A DNA stretch of 36,225 bases, from positions 1 to 36,225 of the IMG/VR virus record IMGVR_UViG_3300020042_002188. One strand, given 5' to 3'. This DNA is from a virus (lineage: Duplodnaviria > Caudoviricetes). Shown piece after piece: positions 35,092 through 36,225 of this stretch. Position 1 is the stretch's first letter; each line of letters begins with the position of its first letter. The notes below the pieces were generated by a model, which saw only the letters and a program-made list of their open reading frames with translations, did no database searches and was not told where the DNA came from. The translations under genes and the position numbers were made by a program.

Positions 35092-35921
35092 TGCTCACCC
35101 ATTTCATAAAGTGTTTCTGCCATCTGCAACAACTCATCATGCTTCATCAGCTTGTTAGTCCAACGCTTTGGTATGGCACTATATCCATAGTGTCTACCAG
35201 CTAGCATGCCTGTCACTGCACCTACAGTGTCAGCGTCATAGCCCTTGTTAACTGCCAAGATCAGTGCATCTTGAAAGCTAAATGTTAAATCAACAGATTC
35301 CCATGCTGCATTGTATGCATACATGATGGAGCCTTTGCCTTTACGAATGTCATACTCAGCATCTATCAGATGAGTAAACTCATCAAGCTGCTTACCAGCA
35401 TACAACTCAGCTACAAAAGCTGCTATGTAATGCACAGTGTCAGCGTTGCCATGTGTCATAAGAGATACAGCAATGGCTTCGCCAAGACCAGTGTTAGGTC
35501 TGTTGTGATTGGCTAATACAACAGGAGCAATACGCATGATGGAACCATTGCCACTAGCTCTGCTATCTGTCCTGCCTTGATATGGTTGCTCTGTTGTCAT
35601 GCTCTCAATGGATTCAAAGCAAGTGCGTCCAATGTCAAACCGATAGTCCCTTGTACCGAAGTGTCCTGTCTTTGCCCATGTCTTGAAGTTGAGTGCAATT
35701 TCATTAGGTGCAAACTTGTCCTTCACTTTGTATGCATCTGCAATACACATTGCCATAGCACCATCATCTGTCCACTCTCCCACCTCAGCAGAATGAACAC
35801 CACCACCTATCATGTCTGTCACCTTATCAAACTCATGAGGACGCATGAATTCCAATGGCGCTCCCAATGCATCACCAATGTACAAGCCCATGAACATACC
35901 AATTGCCTTATCTTTTTCCAT
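35088..35921 (-). CDS. ADP-ribosylglycohydrolase (DraG/ARH family)
   Basis: GDALGAPLE, WTDD, DIG, GNGSIMR, TH, DADT..AVTG.LAG motifs. Confidence 0.93.
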   Translation of the reverse strand: MEKDKAIGMFMGLYIGDALGAPLEFMRPHEFDKVTDMIGGGVHSAEVGEWTDDGAMAMCIADAYKVKDKFAPNEIALNFKTWAKTGHFGTRDYRFDIGRTCFESIESMTTEQPYQGRTDSRASGNGSIMRIAPVVLANHNRPNTGLGEAIAVSLMTHGNADTVHYIAAFVAELYAGKQLDEFTHLIDAEYDIRKGKGSIMYAYNAAWESVDLTFSFQDALILAVNKGYDADTVGAVTGMLAGRHYGYSAIPKRWTNKLMKHDELLQMAETLYEMGEQ

Positions 35922-36075
35922 TATTTAATTTCTTTTTAATTGAGTCTATAAGTTTTGAAACCTGCGCCATCGCTGTACTTTCCAGTGCTTTCTCTGTACG
36001 AGCCTTGGTCAGCAATTCGTTTTCATACTCATCAAATAATTTATCCATCCGTTTAGTTGGGGTGTTTTTATCCAT
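35908..36075 (-). CDS. Small hypothetical protein
   Basis: GAGG RBS before ATG 36075, downstream of the terminator. Confidence 0.55.
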   Translation of the reverse strand: MDKNTPTKRMDKLFDEYENELLTKARTEKALESTAMAQVSKLIDSIKKKLNNGKR

Positions 36076-36094
36076 ACCATACCTCATGTTGTTG

Positions 36095-36123
36095 AAGAAA
36101 AGAAAGAGGGGACTAAGCCCCCC
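36095..36123 (-). terminator. Rho-independent terminator
   Basis: Minus strand GGGGGGC-TTA-GTCCCCT followed by CTTTCTTTTCTT, 7 nt after an upstream stop. Confidence 0.6.
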
Positions 36124-36130
36124 ATGTTGA

Positions 36131-36225
36131 TTAAGCTGCTTGCAAAAGCAGATCGTTGAATGCACCCTTCAGCACAGCATCCATGTCCTGCTCAATACGT
36201 AGTTGCTTACGTCCTACATCAGCAC
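36131..36225 (-). CDS. C-terminus of an unidentified gene (truncated by the window)
   Basis: Reads ...ADVGRKQLRIEQDMDAVLKGAFNDLLLQAA*. Confidence 0.55.
   Translation of the reverse strand, partial: ADVGRKQLRIEQDMDAVLKGAFNDLLLQAA

Overview
The whole window is part of a tailed dsDNA phage genome of podovirus type with two converging arms. The + arm (1-23613) holds the end of the major capsid gene, small virion proteins, tail adaptor and nozzle, two tail-fibre genes and a chaperone, a long lysis/membrane cassette (embedded Rz/Rz1 spanins, M15 endolysin) and large internal (ejected) virion proteins. The - arm (23618-36225) holds tRNA-Arg(UCU), an Rmf-like ORF, a monomeric class II (B12) ribonucleotide reductase, HNH nuclease, T7-like exonuclease, SSB, DNA polymerase A and primase-helicase, a tyrosine recombinase and an ADP-ribosylglycohydrolase. 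The layout resembles SIO1/cobavirus-like phages (inference). Spanins imply a Gram-negative host. The best candidate for a new system is an ADP-ribosyltransferase-like domain (YHG...SFT...ExE) inside the 1890-aa internal virion protein, paired with an ADP-ribosylglycohydrolase on the opposite arm. The internal proteins also look modular, with blocks bounded by a recurring hydrophobic-x-x-GG motif, and a small HExxH protein gene sits directly upstream. All family calls come from reading motifs by eye; no database search was run.
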